Part shown: one piece after another, positions 24,207 to 37,554 of the stretch
How positions within the stretch are numbered: position 1 is the first letter of the stretch
How the letters are laid out: each line of letters starts with the position of its first letter
Assembly: GCF_006345805.1 (NCBI RefSeq)
Contig: NW_021834266.1
Location: 1-58,687, forward strand
Source: Octopus sinensis
Lineage: Eukaryota
Reading direction: 5' to 3'
DNA length: 58,687 nucleotides
Notes under the pieces: model-generated
The model's input: only the letters and a program-made list of their open reading frames with translations
Databases searched by the model: none
Told to the model about the DNA's origin: nothing
Program-made: the position numbers and the translations under genes

Positions 24207-24286
24207 TACATACGCATGCACACACGCACAGACATTATATATACACACGCAAGATCACGCATATATAGATAGACAGACAGACAGAC

Positions 24287-24337
<51 letters not shown>

Positions 24338-24429
24338 GATAGATAGATAGATAGATATAGATAGATAGATAGATCGTTTGTAGAAAACATAAATCCAGAG
24401 AAGCACACTCTAAGATGTAGGGCAGTGTA

Positions 24430-24548
24430 TATTTTAATGGGGGAGGTCGGTTTATGGGATTACCCTGGATTTCCCGTTCATAAAGCTAAACCCTTCATGA
24501 ACGGGGAACCCAGGATAATCCCATAAACCGACCTTCCCCATTAAAATA
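24430..24548. repeat. Fold-back hairpin, 52-bp arms (48/52 complementary), 15-nt loop
   Basis: 24430-24481 versus 24497-24548; all four differences are transitions. Confidence 0.95.
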
Positions 24549-24566
24549 CAAGATATATTATCTATA

Positions 24567-24631
<65 letters not shown>

Positions 24632-24873
24632 CTACGATGTAGAAATATCAATGTACATATGTAACGTACGGAAATGACAATATGTGTCCTATGACAGTGT
24701 TCAAAAGAATATATCACTCCGCAAATCTACCCACCTGTAATGTCTGCGATGCGGTTTCTAATCTCGGCTAATCATTTCTCTAAACCTTTTGTCGACGCAT
24801 TTCACTCAATCTGAAACATCTGATACATCTCACCGGTATTGTATTATTCACTCCATATTATCTTCCCATTCAC

Positions 24874-24914
<41 letters not shown>

Positions 24915-25089
24915 TGAATGTATGTGTGAGTGTGTGAGTGTGTGAGTGTGTGTGTGTGTGTGTGTAAGTGTGTGTGTGTGTGTGTGCTTGTGTGTGAGTG
25001 TGTGTGTGTCTCTGTGTTTGTGAATGTGTGTGTGTGCTTGTGTCTCTGTGTTTGTGAATTTATGCGTGTGTGCGTGAGAATGTGTGTGT

Positions 25090-25135
<46 letters not shown>

Positions 25136-25483
25136 TTGTGTGTGTGTAAGTGTGTAATCGTTGAATCGACCTGACTATTGGATGTTGTTATACACCGCTT
25201 GTCACACTACACTTCCACGCATTGTTTTAGCTTTCTGAATGGTGCCACCCCGCTTGTAAGACGGGTAAGGCCCGCTCCCACTCAACCCAGTCCGTCGCTG
25301 CGTTATTCATTTGCAGCTGAGCCCACTGAGAATGTTAAACGAAATGCTTTGCTCAAGAAACACAACACACCGCCCGATCTAGGAACCGAAACCACAATCG
25401 TATGACCGTAAGTGCAACACCCTAACCACTAGGCGACGTGCCTACACGGTTGCCTGATGCTTCTCTCTCTTTCTCTTTTTACT

Positions 25484-25876
25484 ATTTTACTTGTTTCAGT
25501 CATTTGACTGTGGCCATGCTGGAGCACCGCCTTTAGTCGAGCAAATCGACCCCGGGACTTATTCTTTGTAAGCCCAGTACTTATTCTATCGGTCTCTTTT
25601 GCCGAACCGCTAAGTGACGGGGACGTAAACACACCAGTATCGGTTGTCAAGCAATGCTAGGGGGAAAATACAGACACACAGACACATACACACACATATA
25701 TATATATATACATATATACGACAGGCTTCTTTCAGTTTCCGTCTACCAAAATCCACTCACAAGGCATTGGTCGGCCCTGGGATATAGCAGAAGACACTTG
25801 CCCAAGATGCCACACAGTGGGACTGAACCCGGAACCATGTGGTTGGTTAGCAAGCTACTTACCACACAGCCACTCC
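25484..25876 (-). mobile_element. SINE family A, full length
   Basis: Reverse complement of the family A sequence. Confidence 0.92.
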
Positions 25877-25934
25877 TGCGCCTATTTTATTTCGCTTCTA
25901 GTAGTCTTTGCATAAGGGCGATGAAAGGATAGTT

Positions 25935-26255
25935 AGAAATCTTTGCCTTTCACCCTTCCGGGGTCGATGAATTAAGTAATAGTTGCGTACTGGGGTCGAT
26001 CTAACCAACTGGGCCTCTCCCCCAAAATTTCGGGTCTTGCGCCTAGAGTAGAAAAGGATATATTACAGTAATCCTTTCTACTATAGGCACAAGGGCTGAA
26101 ATTTTATGGGGAGCGAACTAGTCAATTACATCGCCCCAGTGCGTAACTGGTACTTAATTTATCGACCCCCGAAAGTATAAAAGGCAAAGTCTACCTCAGC
26201 AGAATTTGAACCCAGAATGTAAAGACGGACGAAATGTCGCTAAGCATTTTGCTCA
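25935..26255. mobile_element. Two family B SINEs in convergent (tail-to-tail) orientation
   Basis: Plus copy about 25935-26060, minus copy about 26075-26255. Confidence 0.8.
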
Positions 26256-26259
26256 GTTG

Positions 26260-27095
26260 CATCCTTGACGACCTCAGGTCCCATAGTTTGGATTTAGAAG
26301 TTGCTACCGAAACCAAACTGAACGGGCTGCAGGCTTTTTCTCTTCTTCTAAACGGTTAGGAGAGATTTATTTCTCCGAGCCAACCTGGAGGTGGAGGAGG
26401 AGTTGCAGTCCTACTCAGGAAAAAAAAATCTGGGTTTAGAGGTAAGAACTGTCTTTGTAGACCCGGAGGGCATGTTGGTGGTCTTAGATGTGACGCACAA
26501 CAGTGGTTTTATGTCGAGCAACTGTTGTCGCATCTGAGAAGAGTACAACTATCAACCGAGACTATAATTAAGATTGTTCCGCCATCTTTCTTCAACAGGG
26601 AAGCGCAGGCTTGTTTCTTCTGCGTGGTAGCTACCGCGAAGGAGGTAGTGTGGAAGACGAGAGTGAAAGGGATTGTGACAGGCACTTTCATCTCCAGCCT
26701 TGGGTTGGCGAACTTTATACTCTTCCATATTAAAAGGAGAATAAGGATGGAGAGGAGATGCTCGTCGCACGGAAAGAAAGTTGCGGCGAAAGCGCCAGCA
26801 GAAGTTCACCATTACCTTCTGCCGGAGCCGCGTGAAACTGTAGCAAGAGTGTTGAGAGTAAATGAACCTGTTTGAGCGAGAAATTAAAGAGTCTACCAAA
26901 GGATTCAGTGTTGGAATGTGGTTTGTGGGGTCGGCCACGTGTCTCGCTTCATAATTATTTGTTTCATTCATTTTCGTTTCTCATCCGAATTTTATACTCA
27001 TTTATCATCGATTATATGTTCCATTCGTTCCCCGACCCTTTATTTGTCCATGTATCATCCACTGTATATTTTGATCTTTATGGTTAATAAAGAAA
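26260..27095 (+). mobile_element. Internally deleted L1/Tx1-type LINE (APE endonuclease N-terminus joined to ORF2 C-terminus and 3' UTR)
   Basis: ILDDLRSHSLDLEVATETKL..GGGGVAVLLRKK..VFVDPEGMLVVLDV (APE motifs, one stop, one frameshift); then YVEQLLSHL..AKEVVWKTRVKG..FILFHIKRRIRMERR; AATAAA at 27086-27091 followed by GAAA. Confidence 0.7.
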
Positions 27096-27406
27096 TCACT
27101 GTCATAGACACTTGGGGTGGGGTCCTACGAACAGAATAGCCTAGGGCCTCCGTTTATATAAATACAGTGCTAGGTAGAATATTGAACAAAATATTTTGGT
27201 AGTATTTGCGTTTTTTTTTTATATTCTGTGTTCAAATTCTGACGGCGTCTCGCTTACTTTTCATCATTCTAGGACGATAAAATAAAGTACCAGTTGATTT
27301 AATCAACAAACCTAATTTAGATCTTGTGCTTATTACTAGAAAAACTGTTAAGATAGTACTGGACAAAATTCTTAGCCAGTATTTGACAACGTTTCTTCGT
27401 TCCTTC

Positions 27407-27697
27407 TCGAGCCATGCCTGGCTCATAAGGGCCGGTTTCCCGGTTTCCTTGGCGTATAGGTTCTCCACCTGGACGGGACGCCGGTCCGTCGCAGGTGAGC
27501 TGCAAGATGCAGGAGGAAAGAGTGAGCGAAAGTTGTGGTGAAAGAGTCAGCAGAAGTTCGCCATTACCTTCTGCCGGAGCCGCGTGGAGCTTAGGTGTTT
27601 TCGCCCATAAACACACACATCGCCCGGTCTGAGATTCGAACCCGCGATCCCTGGACCGCGAGTCTGCTGCTCTGACCACTAGGCCATGTGCCTCCAC
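27407..27697 (-). mobile_element. SINE family C
   Basis: Reverse-complement tRNA-like head at 27640-27695. Confidence 0.85.
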
Positions 27698-27979
27698 AAC
27701 GTTTCTTTACATTCCGTATTAACCAAGATTACCTTTGCCTTTCGTTGCACTGAGGTCGATAAAACATGTATCATTTAAGTTCTAGCATCATTAAATCGAC
27801 TCGGGTCCATCTTTTTTGGGTTTTTTTTACCATCAATCATTGTTATTGGTTTTAGAAGGAAAGTGAATGGCTCGATTGAATACAGAAGTCCTTGCTGCGA
27901 GTTCAAATTACGGTCCGGCCAGTTTTGCTCCCTTCTCTTCCTTTAATGCGCTCCTTTAATCGGTTCATCTTTCTTTTTA

Positions 27980-28352
27980 TCTTTTGTTTGTTTCAGTCAT
28001 TAGACTGCGGCCATGCTGGGGCACCACCTTCAGGAAATATTTAGTCGAATTGAATGAATCAACCGTATTATTTAACGTATTTTTTTTAAAATCCTGTTAC
28101 TTATTCTATCGGTCACTTTTGCCGAACTGCTAAGTTACGGGGACGCAAGTACACCAATATCTGCTATCAAGCAGTTGTGGGAGACAAACACACACACACA
28201 CACACACACACATTTACCAAATTTTCTCTGCCAAATCCGCTCACAAGGCTTTTTGCGGCCCGAGTCTTTAATAGTAGCCACTTGCACGAGGTGCCATGCA
28301 GTGGGACTGAACCTGGAACCATGTGGTTGGGAAGCAAACTTCTTATCACACG
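27980..28352 (-). mobile_element. SINE family A (diverged)
   Basis: Family A modules on the minus strand. Confidence 0.82.
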
Positions 28353-28481
28353 GCGACATCACCCAAACATTTTCCTTTCTTTTTTTTTTTTTCTAATTAA
28401 ACCATTGTTACGTTTGAATTCAAATCCTGACAGAGCCGATTCTTGCCTCTAATCTTTCTGGGATCAAAACAATAAATCTCA

Positions 28482-28898
28482 GTAGAAACGTTAGCACGCC
28501 GGGCGAAGTGCTTATCGTTATTTCATCTGCCGTTACATTCTGAGTTCAAATTCAGCCGAGGTCGACTTTGCCTTTAATTCTTTCGGGGCCGATAAATAAA
28601 GTATCATGTACGCACTGGAGTCGATATAATCGACTTAATCCATTTGTCCGTCCTTGTTTGTCCCCTCTGTGTTTAGCCCCTTGTGGGTAGTAAAGAAATA
28701 AGAAACGTTAGCACGCCGGACGAAATGCTTAGCAGTATTTCATCTGTCTTTACGTTCTGAGTTCAAATTTCACCGAGGTTGACTTTGCCTTTTATCCTTT
28801 TGGGGTCGATGAATTAAGTACCAGTTACGTACTGGAGGTCAATATAATTGATTATCGCCCTCCACCAAATTTCAGGCTTTGTGCCTATAGCCGAAAGG

Positions 28899-28900
<2 letters not shown>
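28482..28900 (+). mobile_element. Tandem dimer of SINE family B with (ATT)n tail
   Basis: GAAACGTTAGCACGCC restarts at about 28485 and 28702; ends AGGATTATTATT. Confidence 0.88.
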
Positions 28901-28949
<49 letters not shown>

Positions 28950-28950
28950 C

Positions 28951-28990
<40 letters not shown>

Positions 28991-29329
28991 TCGTCCTCTC
29001 TTTGCCCTTACATGTTTTTTGATTTATGTTAGCCCTTGTGGCCAATAAACCAGAATTAATTATCATCATCATCATCATTACTATTATTATTATTATTATG
29101 TGAGTATTATTATTATTATTATTATATTATTATTATTATTATTATTATTACCATTCCGAAAACAAAGTGACAGAAAAAGTATAACACATTAGCTAAAACA
29201 CTTTATGGCACTTAGTTATGATGCATGGCATTCCGAGTTCAAATTTCACCCGGGGTCAATTTTACGTAACATTCCTCCTAGATAAGTGAAGTACTTACTG
29301 CAAAAATCGTGTACTAAAGCTCTAATGTT

Positions 29330-29701
29330 AAACCACCATTCTCCTTCTTCTTTACAAACGTTGTGGCCTTATGCCAATATGATAGAAGTCGTTATTACTG
29401 CGGTTTCCTTGCACCTCCCTGTCTCCTTCTCGCTCCCCCCCTCTGTCTCTTCTCTCCGTCTCTCTCTCCACACACACTTCACTCACTCACTCATGCCTTC
29501 ACTCATACTTTCACTCACTCACTTTGATTCTGTCGTCTGCTCCACAATATTTCTGTCTTTCGGCTGCATTCCTTTCTCTCTCTCTCTCTAGATGGATGGA
29601 GAGAAAAAGCTCTTTCAACTTATTTTTTTCCCCTCATTCAGAGAATAATCCATCTTTTTTACTATCCCGCACTCGTATTCTTTATAATTATTATTATAAT
29701 G

Positions 29702-29747
<46 letters not shown>

Positions 29748-29863
29748 TTATTATTATTACTATGATTATTATCATTACTATTCTTATATTAAAAACTTTC
29801 ATGATTGTTATTATAGCACTTGAAACTTTTCTCATTTCTCTCTCTTTCTCTCTCTCTCTGGCC

Positions 29864-29899
<36 letters not shown>

Positions 29900-29954
29900 A
29901 TGAAGTGCTATACCCTCTCTTAATTTTTGCTCTCTCTCTCTCTTTCTCTCTAAT

Positions 29955-30006
<52 letters not shown>

Positions 30007-30065
30007 CTTACATTCACATATATTCTCTCTGAACGCACACACGCATATACACACTTGAGCGCGCC

Positions 30066-30118
<53 letters not shown>

Positions 30119-30195
30119 TTCCGTCTGCTAATTCTGTTTTTCTGACTTCCTGTATTTCAATGTCTCTTTCCTCCTCCTGCTCTTCCTCTCCTTCT

Positions 30196-30230
<35 letters not shown>

Positions 30231-30846
30231 TCTTCTTCTTCTTCTTCTTCTTCTTCTTTTCTTCTTCTTCTTCTTCTTCTTCTTGTTGTTATCTTCTCCT
30301 TCTTCTTCTTCTTCTTCTTCCACTTGTTGTTGTTGTTCTTCTTCTTCTCGTCTTTTACTTTATTTGTCTTTCTTTCTCTCTACGTCCTTTACAAATCTCT
30401 TCCTTTCTCTCTTTCCTTATTGTCTCTTACTCTTTCCTCTTTCACCACCTTCTTTCCTCTGTAACTTACTCCCACACTCTCTCTTTCTCTTTCTCATACT
30501 CTCTCTCTCATTCTATCTCCTCTTTCTCTCTCTCTTTTTAATGCCTTTTATCTTTCTCTCTCACTCTAGTTCTCGCTCTATCTTTGTTTCGTGTCGTCTG
30601 CCAATTTCTGGCTATCCAATTTCTTTTTCTCTTTCTTTTTCACTTACACACTTCTACTACTCCCCCTCATCCTCGAAGTCATCCCCCACCTGTTTTTCGC
30701 CTCCTCTCTTCACCCTTTCTCTCTCCCTTTTCTCTTCGTCTGTCTCTCTCCCCCTCTCTCTGTCTCTGTCTATCTGTCTCTCTCTCTCTCATGTCGTTTG
30801 CTGATTGTGTTGTCGTCTGCCGACTCTGCTTCTTTCATATTTCTAA

Positions 30847-30879
<33 letters not shown>

Positions 30880-31330
30880 TTCATTCTCTTTTTGTCTTTC
30901 TTCATTTTCTCTATTTTCTCATCCTTCTCGTCCCCCCTCTCTCTCTCTCTTTCCCTCTCTCTCTCTCTCTCTCTCTCTCAACATCTGTCGATTTCACCTG
31001 CAAACTCTCTCCTCTCTCCTCTCCCTTCTCTTTCTTCATTGATACTCTTTATCTTTGTTTATTCTTCTTTTCCTTTCTATCATCCTTTCCTTCCCTCCCT
31101 CCTTCTACTTCTTTCCCTTTCTCTTCCTCCTCCTACCCCACTCGCTCGCTCTTCCTTCCTCCTTCACCCACCGCCTCTCTTTTCACCCCACTTCCCTCTC
31201 TCTTTCCCTTTCCCCTCCCTCCCTCTCTCACTCTTCTTCACTCCCTCACTCACTCACTCACACACAATCACTCGACAACCTGTCATGGCAACACCTCTCG
31301 TCTGCCGGTTTTCATTCATGGTAGTGTACA
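29330..31330. repeat. Extended pyrimidine-rich low-complexity region with (ATT)n, (ATCT)n, (CA)n and (TTC)n
   Basis: Direct reading. Confidence 0.88.
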
Positions 31331-31655
31331 ACAATTATTCTCTTTAATTCTTTTTGCTTATATATTTCAAGTGTCTCCTCTACATTTTATCTCCATCTGT
31401 TATATGAACTATGTGCACATGATATTTCTTTTTCAATCAAAAATTTTTTTTTAAACTTTTAAAGAAACACAGAAAACTTTTGCATGTCTCCGGAACTTTC
31501 TGATATGTAGCGCTCTCTGTCTCCTCCTCCTCCTCTCTCACTATTTCTCTTTCTCTCTGCACCCTCGTCACATCTTCTAGTTTTACGGTTTACCTTTAAC
31601 TGTTAATATAGCTGCATAAACATGCATATGTACCCCTCTCACTTTCTCTCTGCAT

Positions 31656-31688
<33 letters not shown>

Positions 31689-32124
31689 CACACACACACA
31701 CCTTTCTGTCTATATGTAAAGTTTTATGTACGCTTATAATGTATGTTGTTTGTGTAAATAGATACCCCGAAAGAGAGAGGTGGAGGAAAGGAAGATTGGG
31801 GTAACTAGATACATAGACGGGTATGTGTGTGTGTGGAAATATATATGCATGTAAGTGTGTGTGTGTGTGTGTGTATAAATATATGTGCATATATATATAT
31901 GTATGTGTGTGTGTGTGTGTGTGTGTAGATAGGGGGAGTGGGATGAGATAAAGGGCCAGTATAAATAATAACCTATCGGTGAGTTGTGAAGTGGAACTGT
32001 CACTGCAGGTGAAAACGTTGTTCTCGATAAAAACCCTCAACCCAATTCACTGCTTTCTACAAGCTAACCTGTTATCATCACCATTTTTTTTTTATCATCA
32101 TCGTCATCATTTATCTTTATTATA

Positions 32125-32323
32125 TAAGGCGGCGGGCTGACAGAATCGTTAGCACCACTGGACGAAATGATTAGCGGCATTTCGACCGTCTTTACGTTCT
32201 GAATTAAATTTCTACCGAATTTTACATGTCAATGAAATTAGTATTGGGTAAATGTTATCGATTCAGCCCCTTCCGCCAAAATTTCAGGCCTTGTGCCTAT
32301 TGTAGAAAGGATTATTATAATTA

Positions 32324-32355
<32 letters not shown>

Positions 32356-32557
32356 GGCGGAATTGTTAGCACGCTGGACGAAATGCTTAGCGGTATTTCG
32401 CCCGTCGCTACGTTCTGAGTTCAAATTTCGCCGAGGTCGAGTTTGCCTTTCATCCTTTCGGGGTTGATAGATTAAGTACCAGTGAAACGCGGGTGTCGAT
32501 GTAATCGACTGGTCCCCTCAACGCCAAATTTGAGGCCTTGTGCTTCCACTAGAGAGG

Positions 32558-32596
<39 letters not shown>

Positions 32597-32830
32597 ATTT
32601 ACAAGCCGGACAAAAAAATACTTATCGGTATTTCTTCCGGTTTTACGTTCTGAATTCAAATTCTGCCGAGTTCGGGCTTGTCTTTGGTCCTTTTTGGGGG
32701 TCGATGAACAAAGCACCAGTTTGAGAATCAGGGGTCGATATAATCGACAAGCTCCGCCTCCCCACCACCCCCACCCACCCACCCACCACCAAAAAAATTC
32801 AGGCCTTGGGCATAAAATCGAAATGATTAT
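32125..32830 (+). mobile_element. Three co-oriented family B SINEs separated by (ATT)n tails
   Basis: Heads/bodies at about 32127, 32355 and 32620. Confidence 0.85.
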
Positions 32831-33531
32831 TATTATTATAAATTCGCATGAAACTAGACGGTTCCATGCGAATTTCTGTGGCATTACCTGGTTGCATGCA
32901 CCTTAGTAATTCTGAGTTGTGTGTGTGTATGTGTGTGTGAGTGCGGTTGTGCTTTAGAGTTATAAACTCGTGTTTATATATATAAAAGACCTGTGTGTGT
33001 CTATCATTATTATTCGTGTGAGTTTATGTAGATAACAATTATTATTATTATCATTATTATATCATCATCATTATTAGAATATTTATCTCTAAATCACATG
33101 ATTCTGGCGAAAGTGAGATTTTGGTACTAGGACACACCCAACATCGCCATAAAAAGACAGACATCAAACATTCGCACACACATACAAACACACGCATGCA
33201 TACACGCACACTCACACACACACACACACACGTGTGTGTGTGTGTCTGCTATATTCTAAAATGTTTTTCATAGCAGCCATAGAAGAAAAAAATGGAAACC
33301 TGTAAATCGTGTATGGCCTTGCTGAAGTGATTTTAACTTTACTAAGATTCGAAACAGCAGCCTTAATCTTCAAAATTTTTTCTAGAAACAAAATGCAGTA
33401 ATTACATTATTAATAATAATGGTAATAATAATAATGATGATGATAATGATAATTGCTTAGTTAGACAAACATGAAGTCTCGGAATTTTGTAGCGTAGAAA
33501 TGGGATATTGTGTAATTCTTCACTTTCCAAG

Positions 33532-33675
33532 GAGAAAGACGTTTGTTCCAAGTGAAAATCAAGTTCGAAGACTCCATTCACCAGAAACCTACTGGCCGCA
33601 ACACCGCATCCGCTGCATGGGATATTATAAATATAGTCATACAAGCATTAGCAAAGCGTTCGTCACGAATCTGAA
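33532..33675 (+). CDS. Candidate 144-nt symmetric (phase 2-2) exon, product unknown
   Basis: Acceptor TTCTTCACTTTCCAAG, donor AA|GTATGT, open frame RKTFVPSENQVRRLHSPETYWPQHRIRCMGYYKYSHTSISKAFVTNL; no family recognised. Confidence 0.35.
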
Positions 33676-34276
33676 GTATGTGAGTTCGATTTCCATTTGG
33701 TTCACTCGTTTAGATTTTATCACCCTTCCTTTTTTTGTTTTTTGTTATTTGTTTGTTTGTTTGTTTGTTTTTATTGAACTTTGATGTATAAGAAGAAACG
33801 AAATAAGGTGGAATTGGATTAAGATTCTGGGGCACCCTTTTCGGGTATTGTGATATTTCGACCTGTTAGAAGAAATTGCATCCAAATCTCCTTATGACAT
33901 CTAACCATTTTCAAGGATGTATATATATATTAAAAAAAAAAATGAAATTTTGTAAAGAAAAAAAATGGAATTGATTGATTACCATGGCTGAGACTGAGTT
34001 TGATGAAAGATCTATTTGTTTGACTTGGATTGTACTAAGGCTTAAACAACAGTGTGACATAACGAAAAACCTGCAAAAGATTTGAACAAACGATCCAGTT
34101 AGTGGAGAGATCAATCTCAAATATATATGGAATATTTTACCGTTGTAAAATCTGCATCGTAGCCAGATGCTCGGCATATTTATATATATATATATATATA
34201 TATTTTTAAAAAAAGTATTAATCTTGCCACATTTAGAGACACACGAAATACATACATGCATACGTATATTTATATA

Positions 34277-34319
<43 letters not shown>

Positions 34320-34321
<2 letters not shown>

Positions 34322-34465
34322 GGAGTAAACACATAAATGTGAAACAAGGTGGAAAAAAGAGCACTCAAATACCAGTGGTAGAGTAATATGCTTTATTCAA
34401 AGCAGCAGAAAATTCAACAAAACCTGTTACTCGGAGTTTCCCGTTGCCGTTCGTCGGACAGTTTT
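34320..34465 (-). mobile_element. Second copy of the hammerhead-bearing short repeat
   Basis: Reverse complement of 21113-21261; ribozyme motif at 34416-34465 (CCGACGA-ACG-GCAA-CGG-GAAA-CTCCGAG-TA^ACAGG). Confidence 0.8.
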
Positions 34466-34754
34466 TTCTGCTGCTTTGAATAAAGTATATTATATATATA
34501 TATATATATATATAATCGTATGCATGTATGTATATATAGCAATGGTTGCCCTCGGTGCGCGGCAATTTTTCCGTTCAGGTTTCGACTCTCATTTTTAATC
34601 ACGCTAAACTTCTACCGCTCCGTGATCACATGGGGTCCTTATGTTGTCTGAGGAGGGCTGTGTATATAACATAATATAAAATGCATATCTATAATGGGAG
34701 AACGGAACATAGGCTTGATAAAGGAATACCAAGTTCATACCATGTTCTTTTTTC

Positions 34755-34787
<33 letters not shown>

Positions 34788-35120
34788 CGTGTGTGTGTAT
34801 ACGTGTGTGCATTTCAGCAACGAAGAGTTTTCAGTCCCACTTTTTAAGTGTTTGTTAGCTAATTTATTTTTTGAACTCGGCGCAAACCTCATCATGTTTT
34901 CCCTAGTTCTTGAGTAACAAAATAACACACTTCTTGTATCTTGTATCCCCTTTAACATACTCGCCTTTGATCGTTTCATTTTATTTTATTTTATTTTGTT
35001 TTATTGAGGTTCTCTTGGCTTGTAACAAAAGAAAGCAAAATATCAAGCTAGCGAATGCTGAAGGTTTTTACGCTGCTAAAATATATCTATTACACAAACG
35101 AGATTGGTCTACCAGTTCAA

Positions 35121-35508
35121 TGTGGAGGCGCGATGACCTAGTGGTCAGGGCAGTGGACTCGCGGTCGTAGGATCGCGGTTTCGATTCCCAGACCGGTCGT
35201 TCTGAATATTTATTGAGCGAAAACAAAACACTAAAGCTCCACGAGGCTCCGGCAAAGGGTGGTGGCGAACCCTGCTGTAGTCTTTCACCACAACTTTCTC
35301 TCACTCTTTCTTCCTGTTTCTAGTATACCTGTATTTCAAAGGGGCCAGACTTGTCACACTCTGTGTCACCCTGAATTTCCCCGTGAACTACGTTAGGGGG
35401 TACACGTGTCTGTGGAGTGCTCAGCCACTTGCACGTTAATTTCACGAGGAGGCTGTTCCGTTGATCGAATCAACTGGAACCCTCGTCGTCGTAACCGACG
35501 GAGTACCA
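35121..35508 (+). mobile_element. SINE family C
   Basis: tRNA-like head and body matching 18601-18956. Confidence 0.88.
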
Positions 35509-35605
35509 CGACCAGCTCAGTAAATTGTATGTTGAAAACTTTTACAGGATTTTTGCAGCAAAGCCGTCTTTGTTTAGCCCAAAACCGTCTTGGTCAAGTA
35601 GATTT

Positions 35606-35999
35606 TTTTTACTTGTTTGACATTGGACTGCGGCCATACTGGGGCACCGCGTTGAAAGCTTTAACCGAGCAAATCGCCCCCAGCACTTATTTCTTTTTCG
35701 AGTGTGATACGTAATCTATCGTTCTGTTTTGACGAACCACTAAATTTCGAGGACGTAGACAAGCCAACACCGGTTGTCCAACCAGAGCGAGAGAACAAGC
35801 GCTAAGACAGACGGACAGACACGCACGCACAACGAGCTTTCCTCAGTTTCCGTCTACCAAATTCATTCACAAAGCATTGGTTGACTCGATTCTATATTAG
35901 AAGACACTTGCCCCAAAATGCTGCGCTCTGGGACAGAACCTGAAACTACGCGGTAGCAGAGCTAGCTTCCTAACCATACAGCCATGCTTGCTCCTGTGT
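35606..35999 (-). mobile_element. SINE family A (diverged)
   Basis: Family A modules on the minus strand. Confidence 0.78.
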
Positions 36000-36048
36000 A
36001 TAATCATACCCCTTTACAGCCGTGACAGTCCATCTTAATTATCCTATT

Positions 36049-36262
36049 TACTATGAGGTCGCAAGCACACATAGACACTCTCTCAGCACCCCACATCGTT
36101 AAAAGCGGGACATCGACGATATGCCAGCTACATGGAACTGTAAAATCCTCAAGCCATCGTCACACCCTCATTTTCTGCTAAGCAAACTGGTGCAGCGAGA
36201 AATTATGTGATTTACTCAAGGACAGAACGCGCCGCCTGATCAAGGAGTCGAACCCTCGATCT
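36049..36262 (-). mobile_element. SINE family E (5' truncated)
   Basis: Near-identical to 38826-39040. Confidence 0.8.
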
Positions 36263-37554
36263 TTTTGGCGGTGGGACGGTAGGGTGCGGTAAAAGGGAGA
36301 TTTGACTGTTATGTCTAGCAATTTGAGGGACTACTTAGAAGCACTCTCGCTGGTTCAAGTTTCGTTGTTTTAGGACATGTTTCTTTCGAGGAACCAACAG
36401 GTGGCAGATGTTGTGTGGGGAAAGATGTTACTGAGGCCCATCACCCATTGATGGATACTTTATATTTTTCCGAAATGGTGCAGCCGACGCTACATTATCT
36501 CACTGTTGGATAAAGACAAAGGAATACAATGCGTTTTTGCTTTTTTTTTTAATGTTTTCATGTAAACTCCTTTTATGCAATGCCAACGTACATACACGCA
36601 ATCGTTCTGTACTCATCTGATCTGTTAGAAATAGCAGCCAAATCTCCACTCACATAACATCTTACTACCATCTGTTAGAAAAAAAAATGTTGATTTCGAT
36701 AATGTAGCCCTTCCTATTAAGAAACGTAGGATAATTAAGGGTGATATGCCTTTGATCACAGGGGTTATTTCACGGGGTTAAATTGGGACAAACAACAATA
36801 TTACACGTACACAATATCCCTCCTGTATCTCCTTTTTCTCTTCCATTTACTCTTAAATGTTTTTGGTTGGTAACTAGGTAGTTCTTCTCTCTCACTCTCT
36901 CAAATCCTTTGTCTACCAGACCTGATGTTCTTCTCGAAGTTTCACTCTGCCGCCAATGTTTTGCTATAAATTGATGACTAAACCCGTCAACATTTCATAT
37001 TGAACAATAATCAGAATCGTATTAATAATAATAATAATCCTAAGTCAGCATACACACAAACAAACAAACGTTATCTCCCTTTCTATTAAGGTTATGTGCA
37101 ATGCGCTCCTCTTCAAGTTTGTGTTTAAAAAAACACACGCAGTGTATTCAAAATTATGACCACATAAGACAATTATCAGCATGTATCTAACGACGGCTTA
37201 TATGTATGAGTATGTATATGTAACGATCTGTGTATGTGTGTGATTTTGTGTCTGCCTATATATATATATATATATATATATGATGGAATATTTATGTACA
37301 TGTAACGATGACAAGGTACGCTACATAATTATGAATAAATCGATGTCAGCGTTTTATAGACGAAAAATTTAGATCGCGACGAATTGAATTCAAGTTTTAG
37401 TTACAACAGGAAGATAAAGCTATTTCGCTTCATTTCTTTTACGACACCGATATTCTTGGCAGTGTATGAACGACTCGGAATCGTATTTATCATTACCCTC
37501 CTATAAATATGTATGTATGTATGTATTATATTTTGTAAACCTGGCCGAATTGTT

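Noticed and set aside
33402-33644. Minus-strand YIYNIPCSGCG resembling a GIY-YIG start
   Set aside because: Lacks the YIGxT and downstream R/H/E motifs; plus-strand splice signals explain the segment better
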